From: an uncultured Chloroflexia bacterium
Lineage (GTDB): Bacteria; Chloroflexota; Limnocylindria; Limnocylindrales; CSP1-4
DNA: 64,000 nt
Assembly: GCA_963768655.1 (NCBI GenBank)
Contig: CAVYIM010000004.1
Coordinates: 767,784 to 831,783, forward strand
Direction: 5' to 3'
Shown: positions 27,000 to 37,763 of the stretch, piece after piece
Position numbering within the stretch: position 1 is the first letter of the stretch
Layout: the number at the start of each line of letters is the position of its first letter
Notes under the pieces: model-generated
What the model was told of the DNA's origin: nothing
The model's input: only the letters and a program-made list of their open reading frames with translations
Database searches by the model: none
Translations under genes and position numbers: made by a program

Positions 27000-27893
27000 C
27001 TAGATCGTCTTCGGCTCCAGGGCGTGGACCGCCGGGATGACGTCCCGGCCGATGGCTTCGAGGTTCCGAATGTCCCAGGCGTTGGCGAGGTTGAAGATCA
27101 CGTGCTGGACGCCGACCCGTGCCAGCCCGCCGAAGCGATCGACCACCTGGGCCGCCGTCTCGCGGCCGAGGTCGACCGACTGGAGGTTCGTTCGCTCGAT
27201 CTCCTCGAACGGCCTGCCGACCTCCGCGCAGCGCTCGCGCAGGACCGCGAACTTGTGGGTCAGCTGGTCGGGCCCGCCGAAGACGTTGCACGCGTCGGCG
27301 TATGTGGCCACCAGGCGAAGAGTCTTGTGCTCACCGCCGCCGCCGATGAGGATCTTCGGGTGCGGCCGGCTGATCGACTGCGGGGAGTTCAGCAGGCGGG
27401 TCGCTTGATAGTGCTTGCCCTCGAATGCCGCCTGCGAGCCGCGTTCCTCCTTCCACATCTCGTGGCAGATGCGCAGCGTCTCCTCGAGCATCTCGAAACG
27501 GACCCCGAGAGGGGGCATCGGGAAGCCAAGGCCGTGGCTTTCCTCTTCGTTCCAGGCGGCCCCGATGCCCAGGTAGGCTCGCCCGCCGCTCAGGACGTCG
27601 AGCGTTGTGGCGGCCTTGGCCCACAGCGCGGCCTGGCGGTAGTGGACGCCGCCGACCATCAGCCCCAGCGTCGCCTGCTTCGAGTGGGCGGCCATATACC
27701 CGAGCGCCGTCCAGCCTTCGAGCATCGGCTCCTCGGGCTTGCCGACGCCGCGGATCTGGAAGAAGTGGTCCATCACCCACAGCGAGTCGAAGCCGGCTGA
27801 GTCGGCCGTCTCGGCGATTCGGGCGAGAGTCGGGCCGATGGCCGCGTCGCCGCCAGGCCAGGAGAACGAGGGAACTTGCAGACCGATCTTCAC
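27000..27893 (-). CDS. LLM-class F420-dependent oxidoreductase
   Basis: GFDSLWVMDHFFQI, EGWTALG, TLDVLSGGR..LGIGAAW, ILIGGGGE.KTLRLVA.YADACN. Confidence 0.93.
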   Translation of the reverse strand: MKIGLQVPSFSWPGGDAAIGPTLARIAETADSAGFDSLWVMDHFFQIRGVGKPEEPMLEGWTALGYMAAHSKQATLGLMVGGVHYRQAALWAKAATTLDVLSGGRAYLGIGAAWNEEESHGLGFPMPPLGVRFEMLEETLRICHEMWKEERGSQAAFEGKHYQATRLLNSPQSISRPHPKILIGGGGEHKTLRLVATYADACNVFGGPDQLTHKFAVLRERCAEVGRPFEEIERTNLQSVDLGRETAAQVVDRFGGLARVGVQHVIFNLANAWDIRNLEAIGRDVIPAVHALEPKTI

Positions 27894-28013
27894 AGCGAGC
27901 CTCCGAGGGCAATCGGCGGAGCCGGCGCGCGGGCCGTCGGCGTTGGTGGCAACGGCGACAGGTTAGCACCGGTGCGGTTCGGCGCCGATCCAGGGCGCGG
28001 TCCGAGTCCTCGT

Positions 28014-29037
28014 CTAGATCCCGGCGATGCGGCGGTGTGCGAAGCGGGCGCCGCGGCGAGGAATCGCAATCCCGGAGACCTCCAGCAGCCGAATCACCCG
28101 GGCGCGCTGGCCGGCGTACGGCGCCAGAATCTCGAGCATCCGGGCGTCATCGGCGCGGGGCTCACCGGCGAGGGCCCACGCGACCAGATCGGGGAGATGG
28201 GCGTCACCGACGCTGACGGCATCCGGGTCGCCGAACGCGGTACGGGTCGCCTCCGCCGCCGTCCAGGGGCCGATTCCTGCGATCGTCAGCAGATGGGCGC
28301 GAGCTTCCTCCGGTGCGAGTGCCGTCCACGACTCGATCTGCGCGCCCTGGCGGCCGAGGCGGCGCAGCACTTCCGCTCGACGTCGCTCCAGCCCGAGAGG
28401 ATGGAACTCGAAGTAGGGGAGTGCGGCAAGATCGGCGGCAGCCGGCGGCAGGAGCAACGCCACGGGCCCCGGGGCGGGCCTGCCCAGGCGGCGAGTCAGC
28501 CCGACGTACGCGGCGTGGGCTTCGGGCGCGGTCACCTTCTGCTCCGTCACGGCCGGGATCAACGACGCCAGGAGCTGGCCGGAGCGCGGCAGGCGCAGGG
28601 CGGAGAAGCGGCGTGCCAGCTCGTGGACCAGGGGGTGGTGCGGGACGAGCCGGCTCGGGTCGTCGAGCAGCCCGGCCAGGCCCGGCGCGGCCTCCAGGGC
28701 CAGTTCCGTGCCCGGGCCCCACGCCTCGGCCACGATCGCTCCAGCCTCCGCCTCCACTGCGGCCTCGGCCGCCAGCCGGAGAGTGGCGGGTCCGGCGGCC
28801 GTGGCCCGCGCCATCCACACACCGTCGGCCGCGAATTCGAATCGTCGGGTCGTCGCGCCCGTGGCGCAGGGGCGCGAGGGTCAGTCGCAGATCGATCGGC
28901 GAGGGGAGCGGGAAGCGCGCGACAAGAGACCCGGCCGCTCCGCCCGCCGCGGCGCCCGCTCCGCCCGCAGCCGCCGCTCCGCCAGCCACGGCGCCTGCGG
29001 CCGCCGCTCCGCTCGCCACGCCCGAGCGTCGGGTCAC
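28014..29037 (-). CDS. DNA-3-methyladenine glycosylase II (AlkA/HhH-GPD) family, frameshifted near 28830
   Basis: N-terminus (PIDLRLTLAPLRHGRDDPT) in one frame; VTEQKVT, GIGPWTAAE, GDPDAVSVGDAHLP in another. Confidence 0.85.
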
Positions 29038-29840
29038 TGGAAGAGGTCGAACTCGCGCGGCATCAGTAGGTCTGCGATGCGGCCCTCGCCCCGGGTCGGG
29101 CCCGCGCCGCGCACGACTGCCGCTGGCCGCCGGGCGGTCTTGCCGAAGGCCAGCTCTGCGGCCGTGGCAATCTCATCGGCCGTGGCGCGGATCGTGCTCC
29201 GCATGATCCGCCCGTCCGCGTCGGGCGTGCCGCGCAGGTCGTCGATCGGCTTCATGCCGCTCACGCCGATCGCCACGTCCGTGATTCCCCACCGCCACGG
29301 GCGCCCGAAACTGTCGGACACGATGACCGGTACATCGACGCCGAACGCGGCGCGGACGGCGGCCCGGATCCGGTCGGCGGAGGCATCCGGGTCGACCGGG
29401 AGCAGGGTCACGATGCTGCCACTTTCCGGGCCGACGTTCGAGGCGTCGACGCCGCCGTTGGCGCAGACGAAGCCGTGGGGCGTTTCGGTGATCAGGACGC
29501 CGTTCTGCCACCGAACCACACGGCGAGCCTGGCGGAGCACGACCTCGAGCTGGCGCGGGTCGCGATCCCAGCGTTGGGCGAACTCGACCGCCTCCGGGCG
29601 CGGCTCGATCGTCATCAGGTCGACGATTGCGCCTTCGGCCTTGGAGACGATCTTTTGCGTCACCACCAGAACGTCGTCCTCGCGCAGCGGCAGCGCGTCG
29701 GTCAGCCGGCGCAGCGCCGCGATGAGCAGCGCCGGCAGGTCGTCGCCCGGCCGGATCTCGGGAATGCCTTCGAGGGCGAAGACCTCCACATGGCCGCCCC
29801 CTCGACCGCCCGCTCGCCCGCCCACGACCCCATCGCTCAC
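29034..29840 (-). CDS. cofE: Coenzyme F420-0:L-glutamate ligase
   Basis: GIPEIRPGDDL, VVTQKIVSKAEG, GFVCANGGVDASN, VSDSFGRPWR, DEIATAAEL. Confidence 0.95.
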   Translation of the reverse strand: MSDGVVGGRAGGRGGGHVEVFALEGIPEIRPGDDLPALLIAALRRLTDALPLREDDVLVVTQKIVSKAEGAIVDLMTIEPRPEAVEFAQRWDRDPRQLEVVLRQARRVVRWQNGVLITETPHGFVCANGGVDASNVGPESGSIVTLLPVDPDASADRIRAAVRAAFGVDVPVIVSDSFGRPWRWGITDVAIGVSGMKPIDDLRGTPDADGRIMRSTIRATADEIATAAELAFGKTARRPAAVVRGAGPTRGEGRIADLLMPREFDLFQ

Positions 29841-30484
29841 CGGCCGGCCTCATGGTCCAGGCCCGTCTTGTCAGCCTCGAGCAGGTCTTCGGGCGTGTCC
29901 ACGTCGAAGGAGAGCGGCCCGTCCAGCTCCACGTACGCCGCCCCGGCCGCCGCGGCCTCGGCCGCGTGAGCCGCCCGGCTCCCCTCGCCGAACCGGAATG
30001 GGATGGCGTCGGGCGGGGTCACGAGCAGCGCGTTCGTGCCCGTGCCGTGTCTGTCCGAGACCAGCACCACCACCGCCCGATCGAGTGCGCCGGCGGCCGT
30101 CTGGCCGGCCACCTCGGCCAGCCGATCGATCTCCTCGGCGGTAACCCCCGGCAGATCCGCCGGAAGCACGAGCAGAGCCGTGGCCTCGGCGCAGGCCGAA
30201 TCCCGCGTTTCCGTCAGGCCTTCGTTCAGCCCGTCGCTCTCCTGCAGGAGAGACGCCGCGCCCATCGCCCGGGCCTGGGCCAGCAGGTCGGCGTCCTGCG
30301 ACACCACCGCGACTCCGTCCAGGCGTCGCGACGCCAGCGCCGCCGCCACCGTCCTTCGCAGCAGGGCGAGGACCAGGTCGGCCCGCTCCTCGGGGTCGAG
30401 CGGCTCCCCGAGGCGGGACTTTGCGCCGCTGAGCGACCGTACCGGCACGATGGCCACGATCCGGGAGAGATCCGCGCCGCTCAT
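29837..30484 (-). CDS. cofC: 2-phospho-L-lactate/PEP guanylyltransferase
   Basis: IVPVR...AKSRL, LPADLP, GTGTNAL, FRFGEGS, FDVDTPEDL. Confidence 0.93.
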   Translation of the reverse strand: MSGADLSRIVAIVPVRSLSGAKSRLGEPLDPEERADLVLALLRRTVAAALASRRLDGVAVVSQDADLLAQARAMGAASLLQESDGLNEGLTETRDSACAEATALLVLPADLPGVTAEEIDRLAEVAGQTAAGALDRAVVVLVSDRHGTGTNALLVTPPDAIPFRFGEGSRAAHAAEAAAAGAAYVELDGPLSFDVDTPEDLLEADKTGLDHEAGR

Positions 30485-31431
30485 GCCTGCGCCGCCGTCG
30501 CCGCGGCCAGAACGTCGCGCGCCAGCCGTATGCGAGCCGCGACGTCGGTCATGACCGTGTCCGTGACCACGACTCCGAGCCCTAGCGCTCTCACCTCGCC
30601 GGCCAGCGACTCGTCCAGCCAATCGATCACCAGCGTGTCCAGCAGCTGCACCGACGCATACCGCCGCGCGATCCCGAGCGCGCTCGCCTCCTCGCCCAGG
30701 CCGACCATCATCCTGTCGGCCGGTCCGCGCAGGGCCTTGCCGCCGACGATGCCCGAGACCCCCACCGCCCGAACGCCTCGACCCCTGGCCGCGGCGATCT
30801 CCTCGCGCATCCCGCCCACCGCCAGGATCGGGCCGATCGAGACGATCGGATTGGAGGGCGCCACGACGATCGCCTCGGCCGCCTGAAATGCCTCCGCGAT
30901 CTCGGGCGTGATCCTCGCGCCCGCCGCTCCGTCGAACCGAACCTCGTGCACTTCCGGTTCCTGGTGCAGGCGGACGAAGTAGTCCTGGAAGTCGAGCCAG
31001 CCTTCCTCCGTTCGGACCCGAGTGCGGACGGGCTCGTCGGTCATCGGCAGGATCCGGGATGGAACGCCGAGCGCCCGGCCCAGCGCGAGAGCCACCTCCG
31101 TCGGACGCTCGCCGCGTCGCAGCCTTTCGGTCCGATAAAGATGAGTCGCGATGTCCCGGTCGCCGAGGCGGAACCAGGTCCCCTCGCCCAGCCTGGCCAG
31201 CTCGCCCGTGACGTGCCAGGTCTCGCCCGCCAGCCCCCAGCCTTCGGGCCCGGCGATCCCGGCCAGCGTGTACATCACCGTGTCGTGGTCCGGGCAGATC
31301 GTCAGCGAGTGGCGCTCCAGGTCGTCGCCGGTGTTGACGATGACGGTCAGCTCGCCGGGCGCCAGCGTCCGCTGCAACCCATCGGCGAGCTTCGCTCCGC
31401 CGACGCCTCCGGCCAGGCACACAACGCGCAT
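30481..31431 (-). CDS. cofD: 2-phospho-L-lactate transferase
   Basis: LAGGVGGAKL, VNTGDD, CPDHDTVMYTLAG, WFRLGDRD, APSNPIVSIGPIL, GPADRMM. Confidence 0.96.
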   Translation of the reverse strand: MRVVCLAGGVGGAKLADGLQRTLAPGELTVIVNTGDDLERHSLTICPDHDTVMYTLAGIAGPEGWGLAGETWHVTGELARLGEGTWFRLGDRDIATHLYRTERLRRGERPTEVALALGRALGVPSRILPMTDEPVRTRVRTEEGWLDFQDYFVRLHQEPEVHEVRFDGAAGARITPEIAEAFQAAEAIVVAPSNPIVSIGPILAVGGMREEIAAARGRGVRAVGVSGIVGGKALRGPADRMMVGLGEEASALGIARRYASVQLLDTLVIDWLDESLAGEVRALGLGVVVTDTVMTDVAARIRLARDVLAAATAAQA

Positions 31432-31810
31432 CGTCTCCCCGCGATCCTTCAGCGAGTTCCTGCGCCGCAAGGTTAGCGCCGGCCGATGGCGGTGTCCTGG
31501 GTGGCGAAGAACTTGCGGACGTCGCTACCATTCGCAGGTGCCGTGCGGAGCGGCAGGGAGTACTCCGGCAGGTACCTCTGGTGGGCTGTCGACCAGTCGC
31601 CGCCCGCCTTAGCATCGCCAGGTTGCCGTGGCCTGCGGCATCGACGCGCCTGGGAGGGCCGTTTCACGTCGTCTGCATGCGCGTCGACACCATCCGAACT
31701 TGACCTCACGCCTCGAGGTTGGCTGAGGCGGGCAGCGTGTTGAAGCACAGGAGGGCCGCCACATGCGCGGTTTCGATCGAATCGCCCGAACCGGACGAAG
31801 GACGAGCTCG

Positions 31811-34800
31811 ATGACGGAGTCGCGCCAGCCGCGTCTCCGCGCACCCCGCGCCCTGCTGCGGCTGGGCCCCGCCCTCGCCGTCGCCGCCCTGGTCCTCGCT
31901 CTCTTCCCGACATCGGTGATGGCCGACGGCGGCAGCGCGACCCAGTTCTCGGTGACAGGGCCGACCGAAGTCACGGCCGGTGAGTCGAATTCGTACACGG
32001 TCACCGCGCTGGACGCGGACGATGGTGTGGTCTTGGACTACGCGGGCACCGTCGACATCACCTGTACCGACTTGGGCTCCGGTGTCTCGTGCCCGAGCCC
32101 CTTGGTACCCGATGACTTCACTTCGGGTGTCGCCACTGTCGACGTCACTTTCGTGACCGCTGCCTCGCAGACCGTCACCGCCACGGACGAGGCGGATGCC
32201 TCTATCACGGGCACGTCGGACCCAATCACGGTCGACGCCAACTCGGCGACCCACTTCGTCGTCGCGGATTACCCGGCCTCCGTCGTGGCCGGAGTGAGCC
32301 ACAACGTCACCGTCACCGCCACCGACGCCTACGGCAACACCGACACCAACTACGCCGGCACGGTCCACTTCAGCAGCACCGACTCAGCCGCCGTCGTGCC
32401 CTCTAACACCACCCTTACCGGGGGCACCGGCACCTTTGGCGTCACCCTCAAGACCGTCGGCTCAGCCTGGTCGATCACCGCGACCGACACCGTCACGACA
32501 TCGATCACCGGCTCCCAGACCGGCATCGCGGTGACTCCCGCCGCGGCGACCCACTTCGTCGTCGCGGATTACCCGGCCTCCGTCGTGGCCGGAGTGAGCC
32601 ACAACGTCACCGTCACCGCCACCGACGCCTACGGCAACACCGACACCAACTACGCCGGCACGGTCCACTTCAGCAGCACCGACTCAGCCGCCGTCGTGCC
32701 CTCTAACACCACCCTTACCGGGGGCACCGGCACCTTTGGCGTCACCCTCAAGACCGTCGGCTCAGCCTGGTCGATCACCGCGACCGACACCGTCACGACA
32801 TCGATCACCGGCTCCCAGACCGGCATCGCGGTGACTCCCGCCGCGGCGACCCACTTCGTCGTCGCGGATTACCCGGCCTCCGTCGTGGCCGGAGTGAGCC
32901 ACAACGTCACCGTCACCGCCACCGACGCCTACGGCAACACCGACACCAACTACGCCGGCACGGTCCACTTCAGCAGCACCGACTCAGCCGCCGTCGTGCC
33001 CTCTAACACCACCCTTACCGGGGGCACCGGCACCTTTGGCGTCACCCTCAAGACCGTCGGCTCAGCCTGGTCGATCACCGCGACCGACACCGTCACGACA
33101 TCGATCACCGGCTCCCAGACCGGCATCGCGGTGACTCCCGCCGCGGCGACCCACTTCGTCGTCGCGGATTACCCGGCCTCCGTCGTGGCCGGAGTGAGCC
33201 ACAACGTCACCGTCACCGCCACCGACGCCTACGGCAACACCGACACCAACTACGCCGGCACGGTCCACTTCAGCAGCACCGACTCAGCCGCCGTCGTGCC
33301 CTCTAACACCACCCTTACCGGGGGCACCGGCACCTTTGGCGTCACCCTCAAGACCGTCGGCTCAGCCTGGTCGATCACCGCGACCGACACCGTCACGACA
33401 TCGATCACCGGCTCCCAGACCGGCATCGCGGTGACTCCCGCCGCGGCGACCCACTTCGTCGTCGCGGATTACCCGGCCTCCGTCGTGGCCGGAGTGAGCC
33501 ACAACGTCACCGTCACCGCCACCGACGCCTACGGCAACACCGACACCAACTACGCCGGCACGGTCCACTTCAGCAGCACCGACTCAGCCGCCGTCGTGCC
33601 CTCTAACACCACCCTTACCGGGGGCACCGGCACCTTTGGCGTCACCCTCAAGACCGTCGGCTCAGCCTGGTCGATCACCGCGACCGACACCGTCACGACA
33701 TCGATCACCGGCTCCCAGACCGGCATCGCGGTGACTCCCGCCGCGGCGACCCACTTCGTCGTCGCGGATTACCCGGCCTCCGTCGTGGCCGGAGTGAGCC
33801 ACAACGTCACCGTCACCGCCACCGACGCCTACGGCAACACCGACACCAACTACGCCGGCACGGTCCACTTCAGCAGCACCGACTCAGCCGCCGTCGTGCC
33901 CTCTAACACCACCCTTACCGGGGGCACCGGCACCTTTGGCGTCACCCTCAAGACCGTCGGCTCAGCCTGGTCGATCACCGCGACCGACACCGTCACGACA
34001 TCGATCACCGGCTCCCAGACCGGCATCGCGGTGACTCCCGCCGCGGCGACCCAGCTAATCGTGACCGCTCCCAGTTCTGTGGGCGTGGGCACCGCCTTCA
34101 GTGTGACCGTCACCGCCGAGGATCCGTACGGCAACACCGACACCAACTACGCGGGCACGGTCGACTTCACGAGCACCGACCCCGCCGCGACTCTGCCCCC
34201 GGACAGTGCACTCACCGCGGGCACCGGAACCAAGACGTTCACCAACGTCTTCGCTTTCGGGAATAGCGGCACTCAGACCATCACCGCGACCGACACCGTC
34301 ACGCACTCGATCACCGGCACTTCCGCCGACATCTCGGTCACGGGTTCGGCGACCAGCAACACGGCACTGATAAGTGGAACGAACCCCTCCACCTACGGCG
34401 GCTCGGTCACCTTTACCGCGACCGTGACGGGTTCCGGAGCCACACCAACCGGAACCGTCCAGTTCCTCGACGGAACGACCGATCTCGGCTTGCCCGTCAC
34501 TCTGGTTTCGGGGGTGGCACAGTACCCGACTTCGGCTCTGACTGCCGGTCATCACTCGATCACGGCTGCATACGGCGGTGACACCAACTACGCCGGCAGC
34601 ACAAGCAATGCGGTCGACCAGCTCGTCAACAAGGGCAGCCAGACGGTCAGCTTCACCAGCACGGCTCCTAGCTCGGCCGTCGTGGGCGGCGCTACCTACC
34701 CCGTCACCGCAACCTCCACGGCGGGTCTGACGGTCACCATCACCGTTGACTCCTCCGCCACCTCCTACTGCTCGATCAGCAGCAACACCGTCAGCTTCAT

Positions 34801-37642
34801 CGGCGCCGGCACCTGCAAGCTCGACGCCACCCAGGCCGGCAACGCCAACTACAACGCCGCGACCCAGGCTCAGCAGAGCTTCACTGTTGGCAAGGGCAGC
34901 CAGACGGTCAGCTTCACCAGCACGGCTCCTAGCTCGGCCGTCGTGGGCGGCGCTACCTACCCCGTCACCGCAACCTCCACGGCGGGTCTGACGGTCACCA
35001 TCACCGTTGACTCCTCCGCCACCTCCTACTGCACGATCAGCAGCAACACCGTCAGCTTCATCGGCGCCGGCACCTGCAAGCTCGACGCCACCCAGGCCGG
35101 CAACGCCAACTACAACGCCGCGACCCAGGCTCAGCAGAGCTTCACTGTTGGCAAGGGCAGCCAGACGGTCAGCTTCACCAGCACGGCTCCTAGCTCGGCC
35201 GTCGTGGGCGGCGCTACCTACCCCGTCACCGCAACCTCCACGGCGGGTCTGACGGTCACCATCACCGTTGACTCCTCCGCCACCTCCTACTGCTCGATCA
35301 GCAGCAACACCGTCAGCTTCATCGGCGCCGGCACCTGCAAGCTCGACGCCACCCAGGCCGGCAACGCCAACTACAACGCCGCGACCCAGGCTCAGCAGAG
35401 CTTCACTGTTGGCAAGGGCAGCCAGACGGTCAGCTTCACCAGCACGGCTCCTAGCTCGGCCGTCGTGGGCGGCGCTACCTACCCCGTCACCGCAACCTCC
35501 ACGGCGGGTCTGACGGTCACCATCACCGTTGACTCCTCCGCCACCTCCTACTGCTCGATCAGCAGCAACACCGTCAGCTTCATCGGCGCCGGCACCTGCA
35601 AGCTCGACGCCACCCAGGCCGGCAACGCCAACTACAACGCCGCGACCCAGGCTCAGCAGAGCTTCACTGTTGGCAAGGGCAGCCAGACGGTCAGCTTCAC
35701 CAGCACGGCTCCTAGCTCGGCCGTCGTGGGCGGCGCTACCTACCCCGTCACCGCAACCTCCACGGCGGGTCTGACGGTCACCATCACCGTTGACTCCTCC
35801 GCCACCTCCTACTGCACGATCAGCAGCAACACCGTCAGCTTCATCGGCGCCGGCCCCTGCACGCTCGACGCCACCCAGGCCGGCAACGCCAACTGGAACG
35901 CCGCTGCTCAGCAGCAGCAGAGCTTCAGTGTTGGCAAGGGCACGCCGGTCATCAAATTCACCAGTACCGCCCCTAGCTCTGCGATCGCGGGCGGCGCGAC
36001 GTACAACGTGACCGTCAGTTCGCCCTCGCCGGCGGCCATCGTCCTGACCATCGACTCCTCCGCCACCTCTGTCTGCTCGCTCAGCGGCGGCAGTACCGTC
36101 AGCTTCCTCAAAACCGGCCCCTGTGAGATCGACGCCAACCAGACCGGCAACGCCAACTGGAACGCCGCTGCCCAGGCTCAGCAGAGCTTCGCTGTTGGCC
36201 CGGGCAGCGTCCCGGGCGCGCCCACGGGAGTAACCGGCGTCGGCCTCAACACGGCGGCCCAGGTCAGCTGGGCGGCCCCGGCCTCTAACGGCGGCAGCGC
36301 GATCACCGCCTACAAGGTGACCAGCTCGCCCGGCGGCAAGACCTGTAGCACGACGGGCGCCCTCACCTGCAAGGTGACCGGTCTCACGAACTACACGCCC
36401 TACACGTTCACGGTGACGGCCACCAACTACGCCGGCACAGGGCCGGTGTCCGCCCCCTCGAGCAAGGTCGTCCCGCGCGCCGGCGCCACGTTCGTCCCGC
36501 TGACGCCGAGCCGGGTGCTCGACACCTCCGCCCACATCCAGCTCTCCACTTCTCTGACCGCGAACGTCGGCGTCAAGTTCCAGGTCACCAATCAGTTCCC
36601 GAGTGACGCCACCAGGAACGTCCCCTCGACCGCCACCGCCGTCACCGGCGTGCTGAGCGTTTCGCATTCGACGGCCGGCGGCTTCCTGGCTCTTACGCCG
36701 ACCGTCGGGAACACGGCCGGCACCAGCACACTCAACTTCCCGAAGGGAGACGCACGGGCAACCGGCGTCACCGTTCAGCTGAGCTCCACGGGGTCGCTTG
36801 GTGTCCTCTTCAGCGCGGCGAGCGGCACGGCCGACGTCAGCTTCGACGTCACCGGCTACTTCGTCGTGGGCACTTCGAATGCCACCTACTTCGCGCTGAC
36901 CCCCGGTCGACTCCTCGACACGCGAACCGGGAACGGCGCTACCAAGGCCCCGCTCCCGGCCGGGACGCCCCTGACCTTCCAGGTGACGGGTCGCACGCCG
37001 AGTGTCCCGGCCCAGGCCGTGGCCGTCACCGGCACGCTGACCGTCACGGGCCAGACCAAAGCGGGCTACCTCTCGCTCGGCCCGGATGCGCTCGCTGCGC
37101 CGACAACGGCGTCTCTCTACTTCCCAGTTGGTGACACCCGCGCCACGGGCCTCACGGTCAAGCTCGGCACCGGTGGGAAGCTTTCGGTCACCTACACCGC
37201 GGCCGCAGGCGCGACCACAAACGTCATATTCGACGTCACCGGCTTCTTCGTGCCGGGAACCGCGGGCGCCATGTACGTGCCCCTGACCCCCGCCCGAATC
37301 CTGGATACACGCTCGAAGCTCGGCCTGCCGGGTTCGCTGCGGGCCAACATAGGCGTTGTGTTCCAGGTCACCGGGCGGGGCGGCGTCCCGTCCGGCGCGG
37401 TCGCAGTCACGGGGATCCTGACAGTCACGAACCAGAAGGCTGCCGGCTACCTCGCGCTGACCACGACCGCGACCAACAAACCCGCGACATCGACGCTCAA
37501 CTTCCCCAAGGGTGACAACCGGTCGACGGGGGTAACGGTCCCGCTCGGCTCGGGAGGCATCCTCGGGATCGTCTACGTCGCATCGCCAGCGACGATGACG
37601 ACAGACGCGATCTTCGACGTGACCGGCTACTTCATGCAGTAG
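31811..37642 (+). CDS. Large secreted Thr/Ser-rich surface protein: signal peptide, Ig-like repeats, FN3 domain, three C-terminal LTP.R.LDTR repeats
   Basis: Signal peptide ending ...TSVMA; 6x100-aa and 5-6x87-aa repeats; Big_3-like domain (TFTATVT...GTVQF.DG); FN3 (PGAPT...VSW..P...GGSAITAY...GLTN...YTFTVTATN); start codon uncertain (31763 or 31811). Confidence 0.9.
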   Translation: MTESRQPRLRAPRALLRLGPALAVAALVLALFPTSVMADGGSATQFSVTGPTEVTAGESNSYTVTALDADDGVVLDYAGTVDITCTDLGSGVSCPSPLVPDDFTSGVATVDVTFVTAASQTVTATDEADASITGTSDPITVDANSATHFVVADYPASVVAGVSHNVTVTATDAYGNTDTNYAGTVHFSSTDSAAVVPSNTTLTGGTGTFGVTLKTVGSAWSITATDTVTTSITGSQTGIAVTPAAATHFVVADYPASVVAGVSHNVTVTATDAYGNTDTNYAGTVHFSSTDSAAVVPSNTTLTGGTGTFGVTLKTVGSAWSITATDTVTTSITGSQTGIAVTPAAATHFVVADYPASVVAGVSHNVTVTATDAYGNTDTNYAGTVHFSSTDSAAVVPSNTTLTGGTGTFGVTLKTVGSAWSITATDTVTTSITGSQTGIAVTPAAATHFVVADYPASVVAGVSHNVTVTATDAYGNTDTNYAGTVHFSSTDSAAVVPSNTTLTGGTGTFGVTLKTVGSAWSITATDTVTTSITGSQTGIAVTPAAATHFVVADYPASVVAGVSHNVTVTATDAYGNTDTNYAGTVHFSSTDSAAVVPSNTTLTGGTGTFGVTLKTVGSAWSITATDTVTTSITGSQTGIAVTPAAATHFVVADYPASVVAGVSHNVTVTATDAYGNTDTNYAGTVHFSSTDSAAVVPSNTTLTGGTGTFGVTLKTVGSAWSITATDTVTTSITGSQTGIAVTPAAATQLIVTAPSSVGVGTAFSVTVTAEDPYGNTDTNYAGTVDFTSTDPAATLPPDSALTAGTGTKTFTNVFAFGNSGTQTITATDTVTHSITGTSADISVTGSATSNTALISGTNPSTYGGSVTFTATVTGSGATPTGTVQFLDGTTDLGLPVTLVSGVAQYPTSALTAGHHSITAAYGGDTNYAGSTSNAVDQLVNKGSQTVSFTSTAPSSAVVGGATYPVTATSTAGLTVTITVDSSATSYCSISSNTVSFIGAGTCKLDATQAGNANYNAATQAQQSFTVGKGSQTVSFTSTAPSSAVVGGATYPVTATSTAGLTVTITVDSSATSYCTISSNTVSFIGAGTCKLDATQAGNANYNAATQAQQSFTVGKGSQTVSFTSTAPSSAVVGGATYPVTATSTAGLTVTITVDSSATSYCSISSNTVSFIGAGTCKLDATQAGNANYNAATQAQQSFTVGKGSQTVSFTSTAPSSAVVGGATYPVTATSTAGLTVTITVDSSATSYCSISSNTVSFIGAGTCKLDATQAGNANYNAATQAQQSFTVGKGSQTVSFTSTAPSSAVVGGATYPVTATSTAGLTVTITVDSSATSYCTISSNTVSFIGAGPCTLDATQAGNANWNAAAQQQQSFSVGKGTPVIKFTSTAPSSAIAGGATYNVTVSSPSPAAIVLTIDSSATSVCSLSGGSTVSFLKTGPCEIDANQTGNANWNAAAQAQQSFAVGPGSVPGAPTGVTGVGLNTAAQVSWAAPASNGGSAITAYKVTSSPGGKTCSTTGALTCKVTGLTNYTPYTFTVTATNYAGTGPVSAPSSKVVPRAGATFVPLTPSRVLDTSAHIQLSTSLTANVGVKFQVTNQFPSDATRNVPSTATAVTGVLSVSHSTAGGFLALTPTVGNTAGTSTLNFPKGDARATGVTVQLSSTGSLGVLFSAASGTADVSFDVTGYFVVGTSNATYFALTPGRLLDTRTGNGATKAPLPAGTPLTFQVTGRTPSVPAQAVAVTGTLTVTGQTKAGYLSLGPDALAAPTTASLYFPVGDTRATGLTVKLGTGGKLSVTYTAAAGATTNVIFDVTGFFVPGTAGAMYVPLTPARILDTRSKLGLPGSLRANIGVVFQVTGRGGVPSGAVAVTGILTVTNQKAAGYLALTTTATNKPATSTLNFPKGDNRSTGVTVPLGSGGILGIVYVASPATMTTDAIFDVTGYFMQ
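32244..34053 (+). repeat. Perfect 300-bp tandem repeat, 6 copies (in frame)
   Basis: Sequence lines repeat identically every 300 bp. Confidence 0.95.
34630..36197 (+). repeat. 261-bp tandem repeat: five near-identical copies plus one diverged copy
   Basis: Units start at 34630, 34891, 35152, 35413, 35674, 35935; units 1-4 differ only at TGCTCG/TGCACG (CSI/CTI). Confidence 0.93.
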
Positions 37643-37664
37643 CCGCACCGCCAGCCGCACACAC

Positions 37665-37692
37665 GAAGGCCCCGGCGAATGCCGGGGCCTTC
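37665..37692. terminator. Hairpin between convergent genes
   Basis: GAAGGCCCCGGC-GAAT-GCCGGGGCCTTC, perfect 12-bp stem. Confidence 0.8.
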
Positions 37693-37763
37693 AGATTCGG
37701 GCGAATCTGCCGCGTCCGCAGTGACCGCGTCCGTCGCGGCCCGGCCGCCCGGCGGCCGCGAGG

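Noticed and set aside
32244-36197. Long tandem repeats as a CRISPR array or DGR
   Set aside because: Units are 300 and 261 bp, in frame, with no unique spacers, cas genes or reverse transcriptase.
34055-37660. 1201-aa antisense ORF and the many other long antisense or alternate-frame ORFs
   Set aside because: These are shadows of high-GC coding genes, Arg/Gly/Ala-rich and without motifs.
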